Numbered from the stretch's first letter, positions 12,880-24,157 are shown. The stretch is 64,000 nucleotides of DNA from Octopus vulgaris (GCA_951406725.2 OX597822.1:35154001-35218000), one strand, 5' to 3'. Translations and numbers: made by a program. The notes: generated from the letters alone by a model not told the origin.

Positions 12880-13584
12880 TGCAACACTTGTGCGATCGAT
12901 ATAATAGTGTGCCGTGTTTAACTGACGTTTATGATACATTATCATGTTTAAATAACAGGTAAGCCGCCTCGGAGATTCCGTATATTGGATAACAGCCACC
13001 CTAATTCGGATTGCTTGCTATTTCATCCCCCCGGAGAATCACATTCTTTACCATACACATTCTAGAAGTCAGATACAATACATTTCAATTCATTTTGTGA
13101 ATGGAAACAGCCACTTTGTTAAGTTGTTTCATTCATCTTTAGCGATTGTCTTTAATAGTAGTACATTCGAATCGCAGCATACTACCTTCCTAAAACTCCC
13201 GTCGCTCTTTCTTTCTTCCACCGGCCTCGTTCGTCGTGCCATAAAAGGTTTGTTCTGTTGTAAATCATTTTAGACAGGGCTGTTATAGCAAAGGCGAAGT
13301 TGGCGTATGCTTCTGTAATATTACACGTGTTGTTACAGATCAGAATGCAATAAAAGATAATATTTGCCCATTAACTCTGGTTTCTCTCAATTTGAAATGA
13401 TAGCAATCATAAATAGCAAACTACACCAACACTACCTCTTGAAAACATCCCGTAAATCCCCTGGGATATTCTTCAATTCAAAAACGAAATATTCCGTAAA
13501 TCTTTCTAAATTACTTTATATATTTCATTATAGATTTTCTTAACTTCCCCAAAGTTTAGTATACAAGTGAAATCTTTCATTACA

Positions 13585-13956
13585 TCTCTCTCTATATAAA
13601 CGGCAGTTTGTCTGTGTGTGTTTCTGTGTGTCTGTTAGGTTGTACCCTCACCCTGACCACTGCTTTCAACCGATTCTGATGAAACTTGACACACACATAG
13701 CCCAAAGTCATAATTCAAAACTAACGCAGCGAAAATTTTGAAAAGTTCCCCCAGTTCTGAAAGAAATCGATGAATTCGACATGGGGTCGAGAATCAGAAA
13801 CACAAACCATAAACTGTCTAGGGGACGCAACTCGACCTTTTTAACTAAAAAAAAAATTTACCATCATTTTTTTTCCATTTTTTGGCTATAACTCTCTAAA
13901 AACGCTTTATAGTTATTTCCCTTACAAACCCGAGCAACGCCGGGCGATACTGCTAG
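13585..13956 (+). mobile_element. non-autonomous Helitron, family H1
   Basis: A|TC start, subterminal hairpin cccgagcaacgccggg, CTAG|T end, no TSD; near-identical copy at 36520-36894. Confidence 0.88.
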
Positions 13957-14520
13957 TTTAAATATAACATGATACATTGGCCTACATTTCCTAAATTTCT
14001 ACCCACGATCATTTTTACTTCACTTCTATACACAGGCAATACGTCAACCCACCCTTTTTCTTCATCTATTACTATTCATCCATTATTATTATTATTATGG
14101 TTCTTCGAAAGAAATATCCGAGCATATTCTCTTTCGTTATCTTGATAGAAGACTTTATGTTCGAAACATCAATGTTATTTTCCATTTTTCTCACGCAAGA
14201 TTATTGAGTTTACATCCATATTTATTACATTTGTTCCTTTAATATCAGCCAACATATAATTTTCACTTCGATTTTGATAAACCAGAAACAGTTGGACGAA
14301 TCTAAACGATGTCGCAACATAGCCAAGAATTATTACATGTGCTCAGTGTGTGGCCATTTTATAAGGGTTCGAGGGAACGCAATGTAGTAGACATTATAAA
14401 TAAAAATTACTTGGAAAAGTGCAAGAGATGCTAAAAAATATTTTGTTTATTTTGAAACACTAAGATTATATATATAAAGGTTATACCACACAATGCTTCG
14501 CAAAAACTAATTATATATAT

Positions 14521-14653
14521 AGCAGGAGTGGCTATGTGGTAAGAAGCTTGCTTACCAACCAACCACATGATTCCTAGTTCAGTCACACGAGTGCCACCTT
14601 GGACAAGTGTCTTCTGCTTTAGCCTCGGGCCGACCAAATCATTGTAAGTGGAT
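14521..14653 (+). mobile_element. SINE group A, 5' part
   Basis: Head plus gccaccttggacaagtgtctt CORE-like block; truncated by the adjoining repeat. Confidence 0.85.
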
Positions 14654-14654
14654 A

Positions 14655-14900
14655 GCTGGAATTTACAAAAAATATACAAAACAAAAGACGAAGACGGGTG
14701 TTTAAACAATAAGCAGATGTATTAGGTTACCGCTCGACAAGTGAGAAAGTCTTTTACGTTTCGAGCCTACGCTCTTCAACACGAAGGAACACGGAAATAA
14801 ACAGAGAGAGAGAAAAGCATGATTTAATGACTAGCGATCAATCATGGCGAATGTCGCACAGAGGTAGTCAGATAGGAGAGCTAGGAAAAAGGGGAGATAA
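14655..14900 (-). mobile_element. Penelope-type pseudo-LTR-like repeat with a degenerate minimal hammerhead motif
   Basis: 32-nt core aaagtcttttacgtttcgagcctacgctcttc is identical at 55223-55254; the minus strand reads ...gaagagcgtaggctcgaaacgta. Confidence 0.55.
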
Positions 14901-14950
14901 TAAAGTAGTTGTGATCCCAAATCGAGTCGTATGATGTAGGTATGTATGTA

Positions 14951-15002
<52 letters not shown>

Positions 15003-15416
15003 TAGGTAGTTTTGTCGAAGCATTGTGTGATATAACCTTACAGAGATTTATTGTGTGATGGTGGAACAATGAAGAAAGTAAACTGCAAAAGGAAAACGAA
15101 AAAAATCAAGGTTGCAATTTTACCTCGTATTTTTATATTTCGGGGTTATAACTTTTTCTTTAGGACATATATTGAAAAGGTGATTGTTGGAAATGTCGTT
15201 GAAACGACTTTTCTTTAGGACATATATGGAAAAGGCGTTGAAGTGACATTTCTCTCCTTTGTGTTATCCTTTGCCTGAAGAAGGGATCATAACCCTAAAA
15301 TATAGAAATACAAGGTGAAACTGCAACATTGTTTTGTTTCCTTTTCTTTTTCCTTTTAGCATACACTATACCTTTTCTCATTGTTTCGACCTTACACAAC
15401 AAATCTCTTTAATACG

Positions 15417-15504
<88 letters not shown>

Positions 15505-16640
15505 TATATATGTGCGTCTATGTATGCGCGTACGTATGTGTGTACGTGGATGTACGTGTACGTGCGTGTGTGTGTATCCCTGTAGCACATTTAGTTTAAA
15601 TGTGCTGACAAAAATTTGCTGTAGAAATGTTTGAATTACCATACATCCAAATATATCAGAATGTACTTGCTTTATTAAAAGTAAGAAGCCATAAAATGAG
15701 TTTAATTCAAACTTTGCTTATGTCATAACCCGTGAAAATAGATTAAACATACAAATAGACTGTCGTATATTGAAGATAATTTAGGCAACCTATTAACTAT
15801 ATTTCAACCATTCAAGATAGATATCGAATAAATAAATATGGATAATATCTATTTACGTAGAAAATTATTTTATATACATATAACAGCATATAAGTGTGCG
15901 CAGCTACAGAGTGAGAGAGAGATTCATATTGGTGTATGTGTCTGCAGATGCATATACGTATGTGTTTGTTTGTGTTTGTTCGCACGTTACTATACTAAAA
16001 ATTAGCAGCGTACCAACACAGCATGAGCGTAATAAAAATTCCAATACTGAAGTACATTTCACATTGAAAACTTGCAAGCTGTGAATGGGTATACAGAATT
16101 CTTCTCATTATTCAAATATGAAGAAAGTAATTTGCACATTGCCGTTAGTTTGACAACCATTAATAAATGATTCTACCCCAACTCATCACATACTGTTTGA
16201 ACGATGACGAATTTACCGATGTGTCAAGGTAGTTAAACAGAGAAATCGCAGTATATTCCCTAAGTTAAATTCAATCAATGAATCTGCGTAAGATTACATA
16301 TGTCGATATATACGATTATACTTCATTAATAATGGCCAGAAGTTACAGAGTGACTCAAGAGCCGAGAGTTTCGAGCGTTGGCACTTATCAAACAGATTTC
16401 AAATTAAAGGCCTTATGTTTATAGGCCGGTGATAATGAAATTCCGCTTCATTGATCTGGAACAAATTAGAAAAACAATTACAATGTCACGTGGATAATGC
16501 ATATCTTTCAAATGAGTTGCTTGTTACACAGTTGAAGACTACATGAATAGATAAACGAATTAGGTAAAATTTTAATATATGTATGCATATATAAGTATTT
16601 CGGTACAGAAGATTCATATAAGTTAATACAATTATAAATA

Positions 16641-17590
16641 GGCGCAGGAGATACTACATGGTAAGAATCTTGCTTCCCAAACACATGGTTCCAGCATCAG
16701 TCCCACTCCGAGCCAGCTTCAGCAAGTTTATTCTAATATATAATGGAAGTCGATTTTGTAGACGGAAAATGAAAGGAGCCTGTCAAACATCTAAACCAAA
16801 GTTTCTCAAGATAACTTGTCCGACCGTCCCATAGGCCTCCCCTTTGAGAAACACTAATTTAACCTAAATGTGAGACACTGGCAAAAGAAGAAATAAAGAT
16901 AGACATTTTTTCTACTCCAAAGGAAATTCACACGAATATGCAACCGAAGAGTTTAAAGTACCAGTAATGATAAGACTGTTGACAAGGAGAACACAACATG
17001 TTTGAAACCGTAAGCTTGCTAGGAAAGAAACGGGTCTTCAAGCAGTACAAAAACAACAAAAAATGGAAGATGCAGTTATGTACAGGTTGACGGAAGAAAA
17101 GCAGGACAAAAACGGCTTTATCGATCGCATTCTCACCTGGAATCGATTTTTGTAATTTTGTCAAGACTTCTACACGCCCTGATACCGTCGGTATCAACAT
17201 ATCAAATTTGAACGCAATGGGATGGAGGATGCCCGAGATCCTAGAAGACGTACACACAGACAGACAGAACGAATTTTATATAATAGATATATAGAGAGAT
17301 AGATATATATATATATATATATACGCACACACATATATGGATAAGTTACGGGGACGTAAACACACCAACATCGCTTGATAACTGATGGTGAGACGGGGAA
17401 CTAACATAGGCACACAAATATATTTCTATGTTGGTGTGTTTGCATCCCCGTAACTTATTGGTTCGGCAAAAGGGTGCGATATAAGTACTAGGCTTACAAA
17501 GAATAAGTCTGGAGTCCATTTCATCGACTAAAGGCGGTGCTCAAGCATGGCCGAAGTCAAATGACTGAAACAAGTAAAAGAGTAATAGAA
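16641..17590 (+). mobile_element. SINE group A split by a Helitron (head 16641-16784, 3' part ~17342-17590)
   Basis: Degenerate head and tail ggcggtgctcaagcatggccgaagtcaaatgactgaaac on either side of the H3 Helitron. Confidence 0.75.
16790..17287 (-). mobile_element. non-autonomous Helitron, family H3 (3' end lost)
   Basis: Collinear with 30119-30621; minus-strand 5' end A|TCTATTATATAAAA followed by gtctgtctgt. Confidence 0.75.
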
Positions 17591-17986
17591 TATAAGATCA
17601 CATACACACTCTTACGCATTGTCAACTCTTGCGAACAAGCATGGTCTATTAACATTGCTTTGCGTTTAGTAATTGTTGTTACGTGTTTATGTAATTGAGA
17701 ATAGGTATAGACACGAGCTTGGCAGTAGTGACACGGTATGATAGCAGGAAGGATAAAGTGTTGACTAGAACAAGCTGGTAAGAAAGATGGTTTAACGTTT
17801 TGAGTAGAGGCTCTTCTTCGGAAACAGAAGGTAGTTCAACGGAAGGGAAGACGTAGCAAGAAAATCGCCAATATATATGTATATATATATATAACGTTTT
17901 CTCTGACCTCGGTTCTGTTGACGGCTAGGCGTTTAACCGAATATACTTGCAAGATGTGGCGATATTTTAAAATTTCGTCACAGGTG

Positions 17987-18062
17987 AATCTAGCTGATGA
18001 GGACTAATAAAATTTACGATAACAAACGTATTTTGGATAGTCCTAAACTCGAATCCTAGATT
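17987..18062 (+). ncRNA. degenerate type I hammerhead ribozyme
   Basis: Stem I aatctag/ctagatt, CUGAUGA 17994-18000, stem II ggacta/tagtcc, then TAAAC (GAAAC expected), palindromic tcga, ATC. Confidence 0.7.
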
Positions 18063-18295
18063 ATCCATTCTGGGTTGTTCATTTTTCCGATGTTCTTCTT
18101 AGAGTTAAGACGAAAATGTTTAAGTTCGCTGTCCGTATACATTTTTGCCAGTATACATTTCCGTAAAACTTTACATAGCATCGTATCGTTATTGACTGCT
18201 ATTTCCAATAAACATTGATTCCTTGTTGTACCACTATTTCCGTTACACCCCCCACCACACACACACACAGATATATATGTATATACATACATGTA

Positions 18296-18338
<43 letters not shown>

Positions 18339-18345
18339 GTATATA

Positions 18346-18630
18346 TCACCGTGACCGACCAGGCTATCGGATGTTGCTACACATCGCTGGTCACAATGCG
18401 TTTCGCATTGTTTTAGCCTTCAAATGACACCACCCCGCTGGCTAAGCGAGCAGGCCAACAGAAGAAAGAGTGAGAGAAAGTTGTGGCGAAAGAGTACAGC
18501 AGGGATCGCCACCACCCCCTGCCGGAGCTTTGTGGAGCTTTAGGTGTTTTTGCTCAATAAACACTCACTACGCCCGATCTGGGATCGAAACCGCGAGTCC
18601 GCTGCCCTAACCATTGGACCATTGCGCCTC

Positions 18631-18632
<2 letters not shown>
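18346..18632 (-). mobile_element. SINE group C, tail type 3
   Basis: Head ggaggcgcaatggtccaatggttagggcagcggactcgcggtttcgatccc (tRNA-Arg-like); body shared with 7870-7950; third distinct tail. Confidence 0.85.
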
Positions 18633-18696
<64 letters not shown>

Positions 18697-18697
18697 T

Positions 18698-18861
18698 GTA
18701 CGACGGGTTTCCACACAGTGTTCGTCTACGACATTCACTGTTTTGGCTTTGATCGATCCGGGGCTAAGGTAGAAGACATTTGCCCAAAGTGCCGCGCAAT
18801 GGTATTGAATCTGAAAACACGTGGCTACAAACTGACCTTAACTACGTAGCCTTTCTTGCGC
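18698..18861 (-). mobile_element. SINE group A, degenerate 5' part
   Basis: cgacgggttt...gtagaagacatttgcccaaagtgccgcgca. Confidence 0.7.
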
Positions 18862-19722
18862 CTATTTGCAAACAAATGACAGGAACCTTGGAATCAAGCG
18901 TAGATAAACAGAAACTCGAGCAACACGTCTTTGCTACATTTATATACTTTACGATAGTAATCACATTTAAATATAGTCTGATAAATTTAGCAATGATATC
19001 GAACTGAATACAATCATTGTTATTAATTTCGTCCTTGTTTTGAAATCGATATATTATCTTTATAATTATATTAATTTTCTATTAATTGCTATAATATTTT
19101 CTAATATTTACTTCCACTTAAAATTCTTCAACAAACAGTTTCTCATCATAGATCAATAAATCTATAGACGCGACATGTCCTTCGATTAATATTCCGCCAA
19201 ATTAAGAATTCTATTTTTAAATAGAAGTGTATATATTCAATCAAACAGTAACTTAATTATATTTATATCTTGAACACGACTTGCTACGATAAAGCAACGT
19301 TAAACGACTTTGGTTTAATTTTATTCACTGAATAATATTTATTGGATAATCTGGGGTTTAGAGTAACTGTATCTATACTTTCAGTGTAACTACAAAATGT
19401 AATCAAATGTTTCTATCTCTCGGTATGGAGAATAATTGTGGAACTTTCTTGCGTAATTTCATTTCCATTTTGAGATACATCGGAGAAAAAACTGAACACA
19501 TTTCGCGCTCATAGATTGAGAGATATCATATAACTATTTATAGCAAGCACAAAACAAGTATGAGCTGAAATGACCTTTCTGATAGCATAAAACTTCATTC
19601 GTTATCCGATAGAATAATTAATAAGGGCACAATTCATAAATTATTAAACGAACTATATTAGCAATGAATACAGGCTTATGCCAGTTTGATCACTTCTATA
19701 ATGTCTGTTCGATAGATGTAGC

Positions 19723-19754
<32 letters not shown>

Positions 19755-19760
<6 letters not shown>

Positions 19761-20068
19761 AGTGTATAAAGATATATACACGAAGAGAAGACCCATGACT
19801 TCTTACATGCTAAAAATGGCAGTTAAACCCAAGCCACGAATAAATAATTCTAAAGCACAACGATAATGGCACGTCGAGTTTCCCTAATAATCTATTTGCT
19901 CATTAATAGGGAAACGCGAGTATGAGATAAAACTAACAATAATTCCTTTCATTCTAGTGCCGTTAGAATTAATTTTTCGTGGTTTGCGTTTACCTGCCCT
20001 TTTAAGCATGTAAGAAATCCTATCATGGGACTTCTCTTCGTCTATATAGCTTTATACACTCTATTATA
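19755..20068. repeat. ~105-bp inverted repeat with internal hairpin
   Basis: agagtgtataaag...cttacatgctaaaa...aattctaa versus ttagaatt...ttttaagcatgtaag...ctttatacactct. Confidence 0.85.
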
Positions 20069-20340
20069 TGGATATATGTCTTATGACTTTTATTACGTCT
20101 TATGACTTTTATTACGTCTTATGACTTTTATTTTATTACCACTGGTAATAAACTATTCTAGTTTTTTGCCCTTCTGCTTTACGCACAAACTCTCACATAT
20201 AGATAGATAGATATGTTTCTTTATTAGCCACACAGAGCTGAATACAGACGGGACAAATTACAAGGTAGAGCTTTTCTTCTGGGGGAGAAAAAAAGGGGAG
20301 TAGATTTTCGATCAAAAGAAATTGTAAAAAGGATAAAAAA

Positions 20341-20558
20341 AGATAGATAGATAGATAGATAGATAAGATAGATAGATAGATAGATAAGATAGATAGATAA
20401 GATCGATAGATAGATAAGTTAGATAAGATAGATAGATAGATAGATAAGATAGATAGATAAGATAGATAAGATAGATAAGATAAGATAGATAGATAAGATA
20501 GATAGATAGATAAGATAAGATAGATGGTTAGATAGATAGAGAAGATAAGATAGATGGT

Positions 20559-20649
<91 letters not shown>

Positions 20650-20670
20650 GATAAGATAGATAGATAAGAT

Positions 20671-20760
<90 letters not shown>

Positions 20761-20829
20761 CATAGATAAGATAGATAGATAAGATAGATAAGATAAGATA
20801 GATAGATAAGATAGATAGATAAGATAGAT

Positions 20830-20865
<36 letters not shown>

Positions 20866-20888
20866 AAGCTAGAATGATACAAATAGAC

Positions 20889-20976
<88 letters not shown>
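20341..20976 (+). repeat. (GATA)n/(GATAA) satellite
   Basis: Direct reading; source of the LSIY ORFs. Confidence 0.97.
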
Positions 20977-21480
20977 CAGCCTTGTTATCTGATGATGCCG
21001 TTAGGTACCATCTGATGAAACTAAATGTTTCTACCCAGGGTGAGATATAGATATTTGTTTTTAAAACTATTATAATTGGACACAACAGTAAGTAAAATTA
21101 ACCAGAGATTTTATTTGTGGTTAAAACGGAAACAATGGGCAACAAGTAAAGGCAAGTTAAATAAAGTTGAATGTGATATTGTTGTTGTTGTTCTTGTTCT
21201 TACTGTTTAGTACCAAAGCAGCTCTACTCGAGCTCTAGTGAAATTGATCAATGATCAAAGGGGTTCTAGATTCCAAACTTACACATAGCACCTTTTTCCC
21301 AGACCCAATATTTCTAGGAATAATTGATCAAATGTATTTCTTCTTTCTGAAGATGCTAGGAATAATTAGGGGAAACTTTGGTTGGGGTACTTAGTAGATT
21401 GGTCTCCAATATAGAGGGTCTCTCACTGGCTCGAGATGTTTAGTTATGGTAAATGTGATCGACACTTTACCTTATATATT

Positions 21481-21899
21481 AGTTTCAACTTTTCGCACAA
21501 GTCTGGCAAGTTGGGGACCAGAAGTACGTCGATTACTTCGAATTCAGTGCTCAACTAGTACTTATTTTATCGACCCCGAATTGACGGATGACAAAATCGA
21601 CCTCAGTGGAATTTGAACTCAGAATGTAGAAACGGATGACATACCGCTAAACATTTTACTTGGCGCGGTAACGGTTCTGCTATCTCGCCGCCTTCTTTAC
21701 CTCATATATTGCTCTTACATATTGGCACAAGGCCAGCAAGTGCTGGAGAGTGCAAAAGTCGCTTACATAAATCCCAGTGCTCAACTGGTATTATTTCATC
21801 GATGAAGGCAAAGTGGACCCCGGTGGAAGTTGAACCCAGAACGTAAAGGCTGATGAAATGCCGCTAAGCATTCTAACGATTCTGTACCATCGTGGCCTT
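21481..21899 (-). mobile_element. two tandem SINE group B (short-tail) copies
   Basis: Two head-to-tail copies separated and flanked by ctttacc(t/c)atat(a)tt. Confidence 0.8.
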
Positions 21900-22432
21900 C
21901 TTTACCTCATATTTTAAAAAACAGATGTTTCAGGAATATACTAATACTTTTCGACTATGTCTACCGTTAATTTGCTAAGGTTAAATTCTTATCTAATTTT
22001 AATTATCATTGGTGCAGACATTCTGGACTCCTGGAGAATGAAAAGAGTCAAGACTGAAATCTAAGCACTTGTATAAAACTTATTTGAAAAAGCATTCAAT
22101 CCGATGCACTGTCATAATTGCCGACTGATTGTTTTAACTGAATGATAGCATCGCTCATTGGCACAGCGTAGATAATTGTTTTTGCGGGGTTAATCGATTG
22201 AACTGCTGAATGAGAAAACAGTTTATGGAGAAATAAAATCCGAAGTAGTTTCGAACAATGTGTGAACTCAAAATATAGAAGGCTGTAAGAAAATACAAGA
22301 AAGCGTTGGTTATTTATGATATATTTTAATTGATGGTCAACATGTATGTGTGTGTGCGCACGCGCATGCGCGTTTGTATATATATGGATGTAAGTAAGTT
22401 ATGCGTTCATGTATGTATGTATGTATGTGTAT

Positions 22433-22740
22433 GTCGAGAGAGGCTCCCTTTCTTTCCTGATGAGAAGATTGCATAATGCACCCTTTATTCCTTTGGAATG
22501 AAAACATGTTGTCTTCGAAACATATGTCGAGAGTAAAGGAATTTTGTTAACATCTTCGTTCGACTCCATTCTTTAATTTATTCATATACAACACATAAAT
22601 TTCTGCACATGAACCCGGAGTTTCTACCCTTGGACAGGTCGCTCCAACCGTGTTTCTGGCGTGAATTTGCTACCCAGGTTTCGGTTAAACGAATTTTCCA
22701 TGCTGACGATAAACATAGGATAATTCATTCACCTACTTAA
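22433..22740 (+). mobile_element. Penelope-type pseudo-LTR repeat carrying a hammerhead ribozyme
   Basis: High-identity inverted copy at 61247-61553 and partial copy at 61824-61985; bounded by (TA)/(TATG) tracts. PLE assignment is inferred from the ribozyme and the inverted-duplication architecture. Confidence 0.75.
22447..22539 (+). ncRNA. type I hammerhead ribozyme, intact core
   Basis: Stem I ccttt-ctttc/gagag-t-aaagg; CUGAUGA 22457-22463; stem II gaagat/gtcttc; GAAAC 22517-22521; palindromic ATAT loop; GUC 22526-22528. Confidence 0.85.
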
Positions 22741-22767
22741 ATATATATATATTTTTTTTTTTTTTTT

Positions 22768-22902
22768 TACTTGTTTCAGTCATTTGACTGCGGCCATGCT
22801 GGAGCACCGCCTTTAATCGAGCAACTCAACCCCGGGACTTATTCTTTTGTAAGCCCAGTAATTATTCTATCGGCCTCTTTTGCCGAACCGCTAAGTGACG
22901 GG
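22768..22902 (-). mobile_element. SINE group A, 3' part
   Basis: acttgtttcagtcatttgactgcggccatgctggagcaccgcc. Confidence 0.88.
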
Positions 22903-22912
22903 ATATATATAT

Positions 22913-22987
<75 letters not shown>

Positions 22988-22990
<3 letters not shown>

Positions 22991-23390
22991 TGGCTGTGTG
23001 GTAAGAAGTTTGCTTCCCAATCACATGGCTCCGGGTTCAGTTCCAGTGCATGCCACCTTGGGAAAGTGTCTTCTAATATAGCCTCGGACCGACTTCGGCT
23101 TTGTGAGTCGATTTGGTAGACGGAAACTGAAAGAAGCCCGTCGCATATATTTATATATATAAGTGTATCTATGTATTATGTACGTACGTATTTGTGTGTC
23201 TGTATTTTCCCCCATCATCGCTTGACAACTGATCTTGGTGTGTTTACGTCCCGTAACTTAGCGGTTCGGCAAAAGAGACCAATAGGATAAAAACTACGCT
23301 TAGAAAGAATAAATCCTGGGGTCTATTCGTCGGCTAAAGGCGGCACTCCACCATAGCCGCAGTCAAATGACTGAAACAAGTAAAAGAATA
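22988..23390 (+). mobile_element. SINE group A, full length
   Basis: Head, CORE-like block, microsatellite spacer and tail. Confidence 0.9.
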
Positions 23391-24157
23391 TATATATATA
23401 TATATATATATTTAAAATACTTACAATATATATGGTGAACGAACGGTTCAAACAGTTCATAACGAGGGATTAATAAAAATAAGGACTACATACAAGAAAT
23501 AGGGTGAATGATATTTGTATTAACAGATACCTATAGAAATAACATTTATACAGTGTGTGTGTCTTTGTGTGTATACCGCTGTCTTTTCGTTTGACGTAGG
23601 CGGAACTATTTCTATCTACACATGAACAGGTTGGAGTGGCTCATATATGTTTCGTTTTAAGATACATGTATACGTGTGTGTGTATGTGTGTGCGTTATTA
23701 ATGTATTTATGTACAGTACGTGAATTTTCTAGACTCGGTTAGTCTTCGTACATTATATATAACAGTGTGTACGTGGAATGTGTAAGTTCGCGTGCTTTAG
23801 GTAAAAACAAGTAAGACTATAAACCTGTTTGCATAAAGGTAATAAATCTGGAAAAGAAAATTTACCAGATAACACTTCAAGATATTCAATTCTAGTGTTA
23901 CACATAAAAATGTCTTCATTAATGTAGTATAAACGCGAATTTCGATAAATTGACATGGGGTCGAGAATCAAACACAAACAAACTGTCACTTTCAAAAAAA
24001 TTTAATCATTTTTTCATCTTTTTTTTTGGCACCTGAAAGCGCGTATGCTATTGTAAAACGCAATTTCTGCAACATACTTCAACGCATCTTTACATAATCT
24101 TAACACCATTCAGAAAATCTAGGACCAGTCCTGTTTATGATCTCCATAAATAAGTCT

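Noticed and set aside
13103-13140. Hairpin tgaatggaaacagc...gttgtttcattca as a pre-miRNA
   Set aside because: Stem only ~13 bp; no match by eye to conserved bilaterian miRNAs I know.
16360-16407. Hammerhead-like remnants (also ~14140-14172 and ~62705-62740)
   Set aside because: Only cgaaa(c)-like fragments remain; core and stems too eroded to support.
18565-18632. tRNA-Arg-like sequence (also ~12020-12093 and 40814-40880)
   Set aside because: SINE heads: no complete cloverleaf, and continuous with the SINE body.
20989-21031. Two CTGATGA boxes and a GAAAC
   Set aside because: No stem II directly followed by GAAA and no closing stem I; cannot be folded as a hammerhead.
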